Origin: Dehalococcoidia bacterium
GTDB taxonomy: Bacteria; Chloroflexota; Dehalococcoidia; Lucifugimonadales; JAGWBF01
NCBI GenBank assembly: GCA_965261965.1
Contig: OZ253489.1
Location: forward strand, 1,538,969-1,602,968
Reading direction: 5' to 3'
Length of the DNA stretch: 64,000 nucleotides
The notes below the pieces were generated by a model, which saw only the letters and a list, made by a program, of their open reading frames with translations, did no database searches and had not been told where the DNA came from. The translations under genes and the position numbers were made by a program. Of the stretch, positions 17,998-28,262 are shown in pieces; position 1 is the first letter of the stretch; every line of letters begins with the position of its first letter.

Positions 17998-18246
17998 CTA
18001 GGTGGCAAGCCGAAGAATGACAGCGCCTATGCCGATGACCAGACCACTGGTTAGCAAGATACCCCCGGCACCGATCATGAACCACTTCAGAAGCTCTGGT
18101 TGCTGTCCCGCAGATGGACCATACGTAAAGCTAGGACTTTCTTCTTGCCCCGGCAGTTCGACGTGGGCATCTGCCGGTGCGCCGCAACTCCCACAGTAGT
18201 TGGCGCCCTCATCCAGACCGGCGCCGCATTGGCTGCAAGAAGCCAA
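17998..18246 (-). CDS. Zinc-ribbon protein with a C-terminal TM helix
   Basis: CSQCG..YCGSCG double CxxC plus a hydrophobic tail. Confidence 0.7.
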   Translation of the reverse strand: MASCSQCGAGLDEGANYCGSCGAPADAHVELPGQEESPSFTYGPSAGQQPELLKWFMIGAGGILLTSGLVIGIGAVILRLAT

Positions 18247-18248
18247 CC

Positions 18249-18650
18249 CTACTCCTCGTTGATCTGTTCAGCATCTACATCAGCCCTTGTACGATGTATC
18301 TCCACAGCCGCACCCGAAAGGATCGCTCCTTTGATAGGAGGACGGGTCTTCTTAACACGTACCTTTATGCTCTGTATCGGGTAGGATTCCAGCACCCGAC
18401 CAGCGATCTGTTCAGCCAGAGCTTCCAGGAGAGACTTGGGTTCGCCTTCCATCACATCTCGCGCGACACGGTATAGGTGAGTGTAGCTGACCGTATCATT
18501 GCGGTCATCGGATTTCCCCGCAGCCCGAAGGTCCACCTCAGCTTCCAGGTCGACTTCGAATGGCTGGCCCAAGGAGCGCTCCTCCGCGCCGCCTCCGTGG
18601 TAGCCATAAAACCGGACCGCTTCCAATATGATTCGATCAGACCGCATCAT
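18249..18650 (-). CDS. folB: Dihydroneopterin aldolase
   Basis: FYGYHG, ERSLGQPF, TVSY, LLEALAE, VRVKK. Confidence 0.93.
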   Translation of the reverse strand: MMRSDRIILEAVRFYGYHGGGAEERSLGQPFEVDLEAEVDLRAAGKSDDRNDTVSYTHLYRVARDVMEGEPKSLLEALAEQIAGRVLESYPIQSIKVRVKKTRPPIKGAILSGAAVEIHRTRADVDAEQINEE

Positions 18651-18659
18651 GAAATCTCC

Positions 18660-19535
18660 CTAGGTCCGCTCAACTATGGAATCAGCTAGGTCCAAGAGCC
18701 GCTTTGCCCGCTTGACCACCGGCACATCGATCATCTTGCCATCCAGCGAAGTGCTGCCCTTTCCTGCTGCTTCGGCTTCGTTCCATGCTTGGACAACCCG
18801 CCTGGCATGTTCAACCTCTTCCTCCCCAGGTGTGAAGATGCTGTTGATGCTATCAAGCTGGGCTGGATGAATGGCGAATTTGCCCTTGAACCCCAGTTTG
18901 CGGGCCAAGCCTGCATCCGACCGTAAACCATCCGGGTCTCGAAAACCTACGAATGGGCCATCCAAAGCTGCGACGCCTGCTGCCTTGGCAGCTACGGCAA
19001 CCGTGGCCCGGGCGAAATAAATCTCATCCCCGCCGTCGCTGCGTTGTACACCCATATCATCGGTGTAATCTTCAGCTCCAAAAGCAACGCCAACTATTCG
19101 CGGAGATGAGCTGGCAATCTCAAGCGCCCGCATGGTCGCTTTGGCATTTTCAATCCATGGGATGAACTTGATGTGGCCCGCATCCAGTCCCATGCTGCTC
19201 TCGACGGTAGATGTGATTCTATCGTGCTCGCGGATATCCCACACGGATTCCGATTTGCCAATGCTGATCCCGTAAAGGTGGGGGCCCGCCACTGCTGCGA
19301 TTTCATGCTGGGTCAAACCGGTATCCAAGGAGTTTACCCGGACCACCAACTTCTGTCCTCGCTGTGCCAGAGTTGGAGCCAGATTCGCCACCATGGTTCT
19401 GGCATTTTCTTTTTCATGGTCGGGCACCGAATCTTCTAGGTCCGCAACGATGACGTCAGCATCGAAATGGCGGGCCTTCCTCAACATCTCCGCCCTGCTC
19501 CCCGGCACGAATATCAAGCTTCTGAGAAGGTCCAA
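18660..19535 (-). CDS. CitE-like CoA-ester lyase (HpcH/HpaI family)
   Basis: RSLIFVPG, DLEDSV, VRVN, IENA, FGAEDY, GFKGKFAIHPAQ, GKMID. TTG 19535 is preferred as the start. Confidence 0.88.
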   Translation of the reverse strand: MDLLRSLIFVPGSRAEMLRKARHFDADVIVADLEDSVPDHEKENARTMVANLAPTLAQRGQKLVVRVNSLDTGLTQHEIAAVAGPHLYGISIGKSESVWDIREHDRITSTVESSMGLDAGHIKFIPWIENAKATMRALEIASSSPRIVGVAFGAEDYTDDMGVQRSDGGDEIYFARATVAVAAKAAGVAALDGPFVGFRDPDGLRSDAGLARKLGFKGKFAIHPAQLDSINSIFTPGEEEVEHARRVVQAWNEAEAAGKGSTSLDGKMIDVPVVKRAKRLLDLADSIVERT

Positions 19536-19652
19536 TGCGTACTCCTGGCACCTTGTGTTAGGGTCGCTTAAGTTTAGCGCCCGATATGACGGTTGGGAAG
19601 GTTGCAGACCGGCGGTGAACTTCAGGGCCAATGTGAAGCTGGCAGCCGAAGG

Positions 19653-21116
19653 TCATCGGGCTCCTTGGGAGTACATGATGGGCTTATGGTAGAAAGACAC
19701 AAAAGCTCCCACCATGATGAAGGAGACCACCGCAAATGCCGCAAACTGGAGCCCGCGAATGTAATAGTCCTGGGATTCGGCAGGGGCCAAAAATGCTATG
19801 GTGGCGGGAAGGGCCAAGGCCAAGGCCGAAGCTGCGGCGGTGGCTCCCAACGTATGGCCGATCTGCCTGGTGGTTTCGATCATCCCCGAAGCAAATCCCC
19901 TGTGTTCCTGCGGAAGGGAGTTCATGATCAGGGCATTGTTGATGGTGTTGAAGATGGAGCTTCCTATGGAAGTTGGCGCCAAAAGCAGCGGTATGAACCA
20001 AAATGGGACCGACGAAGACAAGGTGCCCATCAGGAGGATACCCAAAGCAATCAAGCTCATTGAAATGGGCCGCATGAGCCTGGGCTGGTGCTTGTCATAG
20101 TACCAACCGGCCACAATTGGCACGATCAGCCCAACGGACTGGTGGGGAAGCAGCACATACAGCACAAACAAAGGCCCCAAGCCAAAACCGCGTTCGACAA
20201 GGACCGGCACCAACGTGGTGATCGCCAACATTGAAAAATGGAATGTGGTGTTGGAAAAGATAGCCATGGAAAAGTGCTTATAACGAAATAGCTCGAAATC
20301 CATGAAGGGATTTCGAGCCCTGGTTTGCAGAACGAAGAACAGACCCAGCATGGCAATGAAGAGCAGGTGCATTGGCAGGTGATATCCGAGTGCATCAGGG
20401 CTGGTATAGGATTCTTCTCCTTCGTGCAGATGCATCCCCGATGCAATCAGCGCACCGATGGTGCCAACAAACACCAGCGCACCGACCATATCCAAGGGTA
20501 CCTTTGCTGGTCCCACGTGTTGCGTCCCGTTTTTCAACATGGGCAAGGATGCCCACAATGCTATTGCACCAAGGGGAATGAAAGTGTAGAAGATCAGCTG
20601 CCATCCTACGAACTGCAGGAAGATGGCAAATGTTATGAGGCCAAGAAAGGTGCCCACACGGGCGCCGGTGATGGGAAGCGCATAGGCCATGGCCCGCTTC
20701 TCCGGCGGGAAACTGGCTGCCAGAATGGCATTGGAATTACCGGTTATCATGGCGGCGCCCAACCCCTGAATGGCTCTGAATATGACCAGCTGAGTCAAGG
20801 ACTGGGAAAACCCGGCAAGACCGGCGCCCAGCGTGGTTACCAGAACGCCTATGAAGAAGATGCGGTTGTGGCCGTACTTATCCCCCAACCTGGCTGCCAA
20901 GAACACCGTGCTTCCCAATGCCAGCAGTTCAGCTACCACAACCCCCGACGCGGACGCAATGCTGGTCTCGAAGTAGGTGGCAATGGATGGTATCGAAAGT
21001 GCAACGGGGAAGCTCGCTACCTGCACCAGCATGTAGGTGGCGGATAGAGCTACGACAACTCGCCGATGTTCGGGCGAGGCGATTAGCTCCCGATAGCTGG
21101 CTAGCAGACTTAGCAT
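19653..21116 (-). CDS. MFS transporter (DHA2-like)
   Basis: ARLGDKYGHNR motif A, FRAIQGLGAA motif B, many TM segments. Confidence 0.88.
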   Translation of the reverse strand: MLSLLASYRELIASPEHRRVVVALSATYMLVQVASFPVALSIPSIATYFETSIASASGVVVAELLALGSTVFLAARLGDKYGHNRIFFIGVLVTTLGAGLAGFSQSLTQLVIFRAIQGLGAAMITGNSNAILAASFPPEKRAMAYALPITGARVGTFLGLITFAIFLQFVGWQLIFYTFIPLGAIALWASLPMLKNGTQHVGPAKVPLDMVGALVFVGTIGALIASGMHLHEGEESYTSPDALGYHLPMHLLFIAMLGLFFVLQTRARNPFMDFELFRYKHFSMAIFSNTTFHFSMLAITTLVPVLVERGFGLGPLFVLYVLLPHQSVGLIVPIVAGWYYDKHQPRLMRPISMSLIALGILLMGTLSSSVPFWFIPLLLAPTSIGSSIFNTINNALIMNSLPQEHRGFASGMIETTRQIGHTLGATAAASALALALPATIAFLAPAESQDYYIRGLQFAAFAVVSFIMVGAFVSFYHKPIMYSQGAR

Positions 21117-21373
21117 ATCAGTTGGTCCCAGAGGCGCTGAAGCCTCCGTCCATCCACCTGGCGCCCCGGGGACAAAGCTTGCGAACGCAGGCCGACTTCA
21201 GCTACCTTAGAATGGCCAAATTGGGGCCTTCGGAGCTACTACCCTAACATACCCCAGCTAGGGTATCAACAGCCATACACCCTGTAACTGAAGACAATTC
21301 CGGCCCATCCATACCGCAAAGCGCCAACGTTGTCATATCGGTTATAATATTGGGCGGCAACGGTACCGCTTAG

Positions 21374-21904
21374 GTGATAATGACCAACTCTAATTCAGAG
21401 GCTACTGCTTTGGTAACCACCGACGAACTTCGCAACTGTATGTCACTGTTCGCCACCGGGGTGACGGTTGTAACCACCTTCGATCAAGATGGACAACTTC
21501 ATGGAATGAGCGCCAACTCCTTCACCTCTGTCTGTTTGGACCCGCCTTTGGTGTTGATTTGTGTGGCGCACAGCGCCAACACCTATCGGTATCTGGAAGA
21601 AGGACGCAGCTTCGGGGTGAATATCCTGAGCGCAGAACAAGAAGCGATGGGGCGGTACTTTGCCAGGTCCCCTGAAAACAGGAAGGGTGACGTGAGCTAC
21701 GGCTGGTCCCCATCCAGTGAGTGCGGCGTACCGGAGTTAGAGGGGGCCATGGCTTTCTTGGGCTGCCAAGTCGAAAGCTCCCACGTACATGGCGATCATA
21801 CGATATACGTAGCTTCGGTCAAGGAGATACATAGCGGCGATGCAGCCAGCCCGTTGCTGTTCTTTCAGCACAAATGGTACACGAACATAGATGCCAACGG
21901 ATAA
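21374..21904 (+). CDS. Flavin reductase family protein
   Basis: FATGVTVVT, SFTSVCLDPPLVL, GDHTIYV. Confidence 0.92.
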   Translation: MIMTNSNSEATALVTTDELRNCMSLFATGVTVVTTFDQDGQLHGMSANSFTSVCLDPPLVLICVAHSANTYRYLEEGRSFGVNILSAEQEAMGRYFARSPENRKGDVSYGWSPSSECGVPELEGAMAFLGCQVESSHVHGDHTIYVASVKEIHSGDAASPLLFFQHKWYTNIDANG

Positions 21905-21911
21905 GGGCCCT

Positions 21912-22601
21912 TCATTTTAGGCCAGCAACGAAGGTTTCTATAACCTGGTTGACCTCGCGGTTTTTCTCCAACTGGACCCAGTGGCTGGCTCCATCCAAGA
22001 CCGCCTGTTGTGCCCCCGGAATCTTCTCTGCCAGATAGGCTGAATATTTCACCGGGGTCATGGCATCATCACCGCCGCAGATTACCTGGGTGGGCAAAGA
22101 TATATTTTGGACCTGGCTTAAAAGATCGAACCCATCACAACAAAGATAGTCGTTTAGCTGCACCGCAGGTCCGACCTGGCCCGATCTTTCCAACAGAATC
22201 TGTCTGACCTCAGGCTCGATGTTCCGGTAGCTGTCCTTGCGGGCTTCCAACCAAGCAGCAGTGTTTTCGATGCCATCTTCGCTGGCTTTCAGGTATTCTT
22301 GGGCCACCCTCAAGCGGGCCCCGGTGCCCACCAGGATGATGCCCTTCAGTTCTTCAGGGTACTTGAGCGCATACATCTGTGTTATTGCTCCACCCATGGA
22401 ATGACCGCAAAGGACCACATCTTCATGGCTGCCGCCTGCGATGTACCCTCGCACCCACTCCACATATCCTTCCACGCTGGTACATGGCCGGCCCACCGGG
22501 TGGCCCGGAAGGTCGATGCCTTGGGAATTGCTGAAGTGTCGCAGTTGGTAGCTGAAAGATAAGCTGGACTCGCCAGCCCCATGGATAAACACAAGCTTCA
22601 T
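21912..22601 (-). CDS. Alpha/beta hydrolase
   Basis: FIHGAG, DLPGHP, GHSMGG, GASHW. Confidence 0.88.
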   Translation of the reverse strand: MKLVFIHGAGESSLSFSYQLRHFSNSQGIDLPGHPVGRPCTSVEGYVEWVRGYIAGGSHEDVVLCGHSMGGAITQMYALKYPEELKGIILVGTGARLRVAQEYLKASEDGIENTAAWLEARKDSYRNIEPEVRQILLERSGQVGPAVQLNDYLCCDGFDLLSQVQNISLPTQVICGGDDAMTPVKYSAYLAEKIPGAQQAVLDGASHWVQLEKNREVNQVIETFVAGLK

Positions 22602-22640
22602 ACCGGTCCGTAACCTTTGTCAGGCAAGTTATTCACTGGT

Positions 22641-25103
22641 CTATTCAGCGGTGTTGCCAGAAACGTGGAGGGATGTCACCTCGTCGCCTTCGCCAAAGCG
22701 GCAAACGATAACGCCCTGGGTTATTCTTCCCTGCTCAGATATTTCCTGAACGCTGGTCCGGGCAACCTGGCAGCCCTCCGAAACAAAGGTGACCTCTTCG
22801 CCATGTTCGTTGCCAACCACCCTGGCTCCTGCTACCAGCCCGGTCTTGGGGCCGGTCTTGAATGTGCGCGTGCCCATTCCCCCTCGTTGTTGGCGACGGA
22901 AACCGGTTGACTTTGCCTCTTCTCGTGAGATGCGCACCATCTTCCCATAGCCGCCCTTTGTGACAACCAGTAGGCGGTCATCATCTTGGACCACCTCCAT
23001 AGCCACCAGACGATCTCCGCTGTGCAGACGGATTCCCCGCACGCCACCGGCGGTTCTGGACCGTCTTGGGAGGTCTTCCAGCTTGAAACGCACCGCCTGA
23101 CCGTTCGAGGTCACCATCATTACATCATCGGAATCTTGGGCTGCCCGGACCGAGACCAGTGTATCTCCTGGGTCCAGGTTCATCACGATTAGCCCGCTTT
23201 GCCTGATGTTCTTCAAACGCTCCAGGCGCAGGGCTTTCACCTCACCTTTGGCCGTTGCCATTACCAATGTCGCATTTGCAGTCATGTCGGAAACCGCAAC
23301 CATAGCATTGACCTTTTCCGATTCAGCCAAAGGTATCAGGTTCACCAACGGTGTCCCACGTGTGGTACGGGATGTATCCCCCGCTATATCGAATCCTCGT
23401 TTCAGATAAGCCCGACCCTTGCTGGTAAAGAACAACAAGCTATCATGGGTATCAGCTACAACCAGATCGTGGAGAACATCATTTTCCCGGGTCGTCATAC
23501 CCCTCACGCCCTTGCCTCCCCTGTGCTGAAGCTTGTAGGTGACGCTGGGAATACGTTTGATATATCCTTGTCGACTCAGGGTGATGATCACCTCTTGATG
23601 CTGGATCATCTCTTCCCGCAGCTTATGCGTTGGCTCCTCATCGGAGATTTCCGTCCGGCGTGGATCATTGAAACGCTTTTTCAGCTTTTGGGTATCGTCC
23701 TTGATTACAGCCAATATTTTCCCCGGGTCGGCAAGAAGAGCTTCCAGGTTCTTCATGGTGTTCAGAAGGTCCTGATATTCCCTTTCCAACCTCTCCTGTT
23801 CCAATGCGGCCAGCCGCCGCAGCTGCATATCGAGAATGGCTTGGGACTGGGGTTCCGATAGGTCCAGCTCCGCAATCAGGTTCTGGCGGGCTGTGGCTAC
23901 ATCATCGGAACGCCGGATGATTGCGATGACCTCTTCCAGCCGGGTTAGGGCGATGCGGAGACCTTCAACGATGTGGGCCCGCTCTTTTGCCACCTTGAGC
24001 TGATGCTCCGACCTCCTGGTGATAACGTTTTGGCGGTGAGAAACATACAGTTGCAGTGCCCTGCGCAGGTCCAGTATTTCGGGTTGACCATCCACCAACG
24101 CCAGCAGCATCACATTGAAGGACGACCTCAGTGCAGTGTGCTTATAGAGGTTGTTGAGAACGATCTCCTCTTGGGCATCCCGCTTAAGCTCCACGACCAT
24201 CCTCAAGCCTTGGCGGTCGGATTCATCCCGAATGTCGGATATTCCTTCGATCTTCTTATCCCGAACAAGGTGGGCAATTTTTTCGACCAAGGAGGCTTTA
24301 TTTACCTGGAAAGGCACCTCGGTAACCACGATCTGGCGGCGTCCACCCCGTAGGTCTTCGATGTCGGCTTTTGCTTGCATGACCACCCGGCCTTGACCGG
24401 TGGTGTAGGCATCCAAGATGCCCATTCGTCCCTGAATGGTTGCCCCAGTTGGGAAGTCCGGACCGGGAATACGTTCCATCAGCTCTTCGACCACCGCATC
24501 AGGATGATCGATGAGGTGTACGACCGCGTCACAAACCTCGCCAAGGTTGTGGGGGGGTATGTTTGTGGCCATACCCACAGCGATCCCGGATGCTCCGTTG
24601 AGCAGCATGTTCGGAAGAAGCGAAGGCAGCACCGTTGGTTCGTTCATCGAACCGTCGAAGTTGACCGCAAAGTCGACGGTGTTGAGATCAATATCGGTCA
24701 GTAGTTCTTCGGCGATGGAAGCCAGCCGGGCCTCGGTGTAGCGCATCGCCGCCGGGGGATCATCGTCGATGCTGCCGAAATTTCCTTGGCCGTCCACCAG
24801 CGTATAGCGCATGGAAAAGTCCTGAGCCATCCGCACCAAAGCTTCATAAACCGGCGAATCGCCGTGGGGATGGTACTTTCCCAGTACCTCACCGACGATG
24901 CGAGCGCACTTTTTATGGGCGGTTCCGGGGCGGATTCCCAATTCGTGCATCGCATACAGGATCCGGCGCTGCACTGGTTTTAATCCGTCACGGACATCGG
25001 GCAATGCCCGGGAAACGATGACGCTCATCGCATAGCTGAGGTAGGAGGTGCGCATCTCCTCTTCGATTTTGACCGGCAGGATGGTACCTGACGTTGTTAC
25101 CAT
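22641..25103 (-). CDS. gyrA: DNA gyrase subunit A
   Basis: [30 protein letters not shown] catalytic Tyr, GyrA-box QHRGGKG, beta-pinwheel repeats. Confidence 0.97.
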   Translation of the reverse strand: MVTTSGTILPVKIEEEMRTSYLSYAMSVIVSRALPDVRDGLKPVQRRILYAMHELGIRPGTAHKKCARIVGEVLGKYHPHGDSPVYEALVRMAQDFSMRYTLVDGQGNFGSIDDDPPAAMRYTEARLASIAEELLTDIDLNTVDFAVNFDGSMNEPTVLPSLLPNMLLNGASGIAVGMATNIPPHNLGEVCDAVVHLIDHPDAVVEELMERIPGPDFPTGATIQGRMGILDAYTTGQGRVVMQAKADIEDLRGGRRQIVVTEVPFQVNKASLVEKIAHLVRDKKIEGISDIRDESDRQGLRMVVELKRDAQEEIVLNNLYKHTALRSSFNVMLLALVDGQPEILDLRRALQLYVSHRQNVITRRSEHQLKVAKERAHIVEGLRIALTRLEEVIAIIRRSDDVATARQNLIAELDLSEPQSQAILDMQLRRLAALEQERLEREYQDLLNTMKNLEALLADPGKILAVIKDDTQKLKKRFNDPRRTEISDEEPTHKLREEMIQHQEVIITLSRQGYIKRIPSVTYKLQHRGGKGVRGMTTRENDVLHDLVVADTHDSLLFFTSKGRAYLKRGFDIAGDTSRTTRGTPLVNLIPLAESEKVNAMVAVSDMTANATLVMATAKGEVKALRLERLKNIRQSGLIVMNLDPGDTLVSVRAAQDSDDVMMVTSNGQAVRFKLEDLPRRSRTAGGVRGIRLHSGDRLVAMEVVQDDDRLLVVTKGGYGKMVRISREEAKSTGFRRQQRGGMGTRTFKTGPKTGLVAGARVVGNEHGEEVTFVSEGCQVARTSVQEISEQGRITQGVIVCRFGEGDEVTSLHVSGNTAE

Positions 25104-25146
25104 GGTGTTCTCCTAATTGAAGGATTACGGATTCTCATCGCAAATC

Positions 25147-25875
25147 CTAAGGCAACTGCCTGCTTTCATAGTGACTCTGGGCTCTTTCCAAGAACGATAC
25201 GAAAAGATTCGAAAATACCTTGGGCACCTCATGCTGGCGGTCAGGCCGGCACTGGACGCCCAACACCCAGCTATGGCCTGGGCTTTCCAGCCCTTCAACC
25301 ACGCCATCTTCCAGCGAGTAGGCGGAGGTGAGGAGCTTGCTGGCCCTTTGGGCATCCTTAAGGCCGTCTTGATGTTGGCTGTTCACCTTGAAGAATCCAC
25401 CCATGCCCAAGATCGCTGCCAGCTTGCTGCCAGGGGAAAGATAGATCGGATGCGTGGAAAGAGCGGGATTTTCACCGGCATTCGCCGGATTATGTCCGGG
25501 AATGTCAGGAATGATGGTGCCCCCAAATGCCAGGTTCAATAGCTGCATACCTCTGCAGATCCCCAAAACCGGCAGGTCTTGTTCCAAGGCAAGCCCGATC
25601 AACGACAGATGATACCTATCCAGCTCTTGGTCGGCCAGCCCTTGATCGGAGACTTGTACGTCATCTGGGTTGAGTTCTCCGGTTTCATCATAGGTGCGGC
25701 GGGAAAGACGCGGTCCATTGGCTACAACCAGCCCATCAGCATGTTTAATGACCGTTGCAGGAGTTTCGCCGATAGCGGGGACCGATGATTCTCCACCCCA
25801 TCCCAGCCCGTTCAGAAGAGCCAGGCAATCACCGGCGGTAGAAGGTTCGCTGGAAGCTACAACAACCACACCCAT
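25147..25875 (-). CDS. Peptidase C26/PuuD-like glutamine amidotransferase with a degenerate catalytic His
   Basis: VLGICRGMQLLN nucleophile present; QCRPD in place of HPE. Confidence 0.8.
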   Translation of the reverse strand: MGVVVVASSEPSTAGDCLALLNGLGWGGESSVPAIGETPATVIKHADGLVVANGPRLSRRTYDETGELNPDDVQVSDQGLADQELDRYHLSLIGLALEQDLPVLGICRGMQLLNLAFGGTIIPDIPGHNPANAGENPALSTHPIYLSPGSKLAAILGMGGFFKVNSQHQDGLKDAQRASKLLTSAYSLEDGVVEGLESPGHSWVLGVQCRPDRQHEVPKVFSNLFVSFLERAQSHYESRQLP

Positions 25876-26043
25876 CCAGCCTCTATTGTACCTGATTTGG
25901 CTGATGTTTAACAGGCCGACCGGACGGTTTTCCCAGCCTTTTTGCCGATATGCTTTCAGGTCGCCATCCTGGGGACTTTACCGAGACACCAATTAACTGC
26001 TATCCTAGACTCAACTCGCTGTTACTGAAGGGAGATTCATCGT

Positions 26044-26853
26044 TTGGTCAGAGAAATCAGAACCCCTTTAGCCGATGCTCTGAACCAGTACCTCGCCAGT
26101 CTAAAACCCGATGCTCACAATAAAGACGGACACCAAGAATTAAGCCGGTTTGTACGATGGTGCGGCCGAGACCGTGACGTACTGGAGCTGACTCCACCGG
26201 AAATCGGAGAATACGCTGAATCAGCCGGCATTTGGGGCGCCGATTCAGCCCAGAAGCTGAAGCCGGTTAAATCCTTTTTGGCGTACCTTACCAAAATCGG
26301 ACTGACAGAGATTGGCCTCGCCACACACCTGAAATCCACCCGCTCCAAGAAAGGTCCGCAGCAGGTCCAACTTCGGAATAGCCCCGAACAAGCTGAGCTA
26401 AGCCCTGAAGGATTTACCAATCTCCAATCCCGTCTCGGCGTATTGAAGGAAGAGCGGATGAAGGTGGTTGGCGACATCCAGCGAGCTATGGCCGACAAAG
26501 ATTTCAGAGAAAATGCTCCCCTTGATGCTGCCAAAGAACGCCAAGGACTGGTCGAAGCCAGCATCCGCGAGCTTGAGAATATCTTGGTCAATGCTGTGGT
26601 CGCTTCCTCCAACGAAGACGACACAGAACCGCGCATCAAGCTGGGCAGGAAGGTGACCATCCAGGAGGTTGGCAGCAACAAGGAGTTGCGCTACGTTCTG
26701 GTAGACCCGAGAGAAGCAGACCTGACAGCTGGCAAGATCTCCAATGCATCCCCTGTGGGTCGTGGGTTGATGGATAAGCTGGTCGGCGATGAGGTACACG
26801 TATCGACCCCTAGAGGTACTGCCCACTACGTGATACTAAAGATCGAAGCCTAA
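26044..26853 (+). CDS. greA: GreA-family elongation factor with an N-terminal integrase core-binding (SAM-like) domain
   Basis: C-terminal DFRENAPLDAAKE coiled-coil tip and ISNASPVGRGL; extra ~110-aa N-terminal helical domain. Confidence 0.85.
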   Translation: MVREIRTPLADALNQYLASLKPDAHNKDGHQELSRFVRWCGRDRDVLELTPPEIGEYAESAGIWGADSAQKLKPVKSFLAYLTKIGLTEIGLATHLKSTRSKKGPQQVQLRNSPEQAELSPEGFTNLQSRLGVLKEERMKVVGDIQRAMADKDFRENAPLDAAKERQGLVEASIRELENILVNAVVASSNEDDTEPRIKLGRKVTIQEVGSNKELRYVLVDPREADLTAGKISNASPVGRGLMDKLVGDEVHVSTPRGTAHYVILKIEA

Positions 26854-26892
26854 CCCATAAGCCTGGCAGATGATGCCCCGGCTGCGGCTGCT

Positions 26893-27888
26893 TCAGTCCA
26901 GCAAGTAAACTGCCGCGAGCCCTCCAAGATAACCCACACACATCAAGCCCATCCACGGGCGCGGGGGCAGGAAGCGGTTGTTCCCCCTTATCAGTATCTG
27001 GACGAGCCCTGCCGTTATAAGCAGCATGGCTGTAATGCCGGCAGCCAAGTGAGCATCCGTTAACGAACCCAATAGCACCCCATCCCGGTAAAACGGGTCC
27101 ACCAATGCCAGAATCAGGATGTTGAAGGCGCAGCTCCCATAAAGTCCACCTATCGCCAAATCCACGGCATTGAACCGTACTGCCGCTATGGTGGTCGCGG
27201 CTTCGGGCATGGTCGTTACCAGAGCTACAGCCACCACACCCACAAATCCGCTGGAAAGCCCGGTGGATTCAGATATCTGCTCCGCGCTCCAAGCCAAAGC
27301 GATGGCAGCTCCGATAACAGTTATTGAGGCTGCTCCAAAATATGTCCATGCTTTGTTCAGGCTGCAGGGATTTTCGGTATCGCCATCAGCATCGCTCACC
27401 GCATCTTGAGGCCGCTTGACATAGACCAAGCGCATACCTGCCAGGTAGAGCACAAGGATTAGCGCCGAACCCAAGCCAACCTTGCCCACAGAAACTCCGG
27501 GGGAGATTGCCGCAAAGACCACCGCCAACCCCGTTAGGGCAAGGGCTACAAGCACAAGGTACTTCTGCTCTGGGCTGATCCTTCGAAAGAAGATCGCTCC
27601 TCCAAAGACCAAGCCCACCGCCGCCAACGTAAACATATTGACCATGTTGGCGCCAAAGATATTTCCCCCGGCCAGCTCGGGATCGCCGCGGGTTACAGCT
27701 GTCAGGTTCGTGACAAGTTCAGGTAAAGATGTGGCTACGGCGACGAGGATGGTGCCAACCCACAACCTCCCCCAACCCATCAGCTCCGCAAGGACATCGC
27801 CGTACTTGGCTAGGACTACACCGCTGACGATTACTACAGCCGCACTGGCAAGGAAAACGAGGATTGCACGAAGAAGGTCAGGATCCAA
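26893..27888 (-). CDS. Na+/Ca2+ antiporter (CaCA, YrbG-like)
   Basis: Two alpha repeats: VATSLPE..GNIFGAN and LVTTMPE..GGLYGS. Confidence 0.9.
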   Translation of the reverse strand: MDPDLLRAILVFLASAAVVIVSGVVLAKYGDVLAELMGWGRLWVGTILVAVATSLPELVTNLTAVTRGDPELAGGNIFGANMVNMFTLAAVGLVFGGAIFFRRISPEQKYLVLVALALTGLAVVFAAISPGVSVGKVGLGSALILVLYLAGMRLVYVKRPQDAVSDADGDTENPCSLNKAWTYFGAASITVIGAAIALAWSAEQISESTGLSSGFVGVVAVALVTTMPEAATTIAAVRFNAVDLAIGGLYGSCAFNILILALVDPFYRDGVLLGSLTDAHLAAGITAMLLITAGLVQILIRGNNRFLPPRPWMGLMCVGYLGGLAAVYLLD

Positions 27889-28020
27889 GTGTTACGTCGA
27901 AGTCCCTTTAAGAAGGTTATGCTGGCTTGAAGACCAGCTGGCAGTGTAGCAGCGGGCAGTCCGAGGTGTCAACGAAACCGTAAGTCCGCCGGAAGCTGTC
28001 GACAGACGTGAGACCTAACT

Positions 28021-28262
28021 AAGGAACCTCTGAACAACCCGCCTGTAGCCCGTCATTCCCGCCGTCCTAAGCCCGTCATTCCTGCGAATGCGGGAACCTC
28101 GCCCCTCTCTCGCCTGAAACCCGTCATTCCCGCCGCCTGTAGCCCGTCATTCCCGCCGCCCCAAGCCCGTCATTCCCGCGAATGCGGGAACCTCGCCCCA
28201 TCTGTAGGGACGGGTTTCACGGCCATCCTCCGCATCCAAGGGGACTTATTCAGACAATCCCT
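28021..28262. mobile_element. MITE-A copy 6, abutting IS1380
   Basis: AAGGAACCTCTGAACAA ... TTATTCAGACAATCCCT. Confidence 0.75.

Noticed and set aside
24840-24880. Quinolone-resistance substitution in GyrA
   Set aside because: The QRDR reads GDSPVYE, with Ser and an acidic residue at the usual positions.
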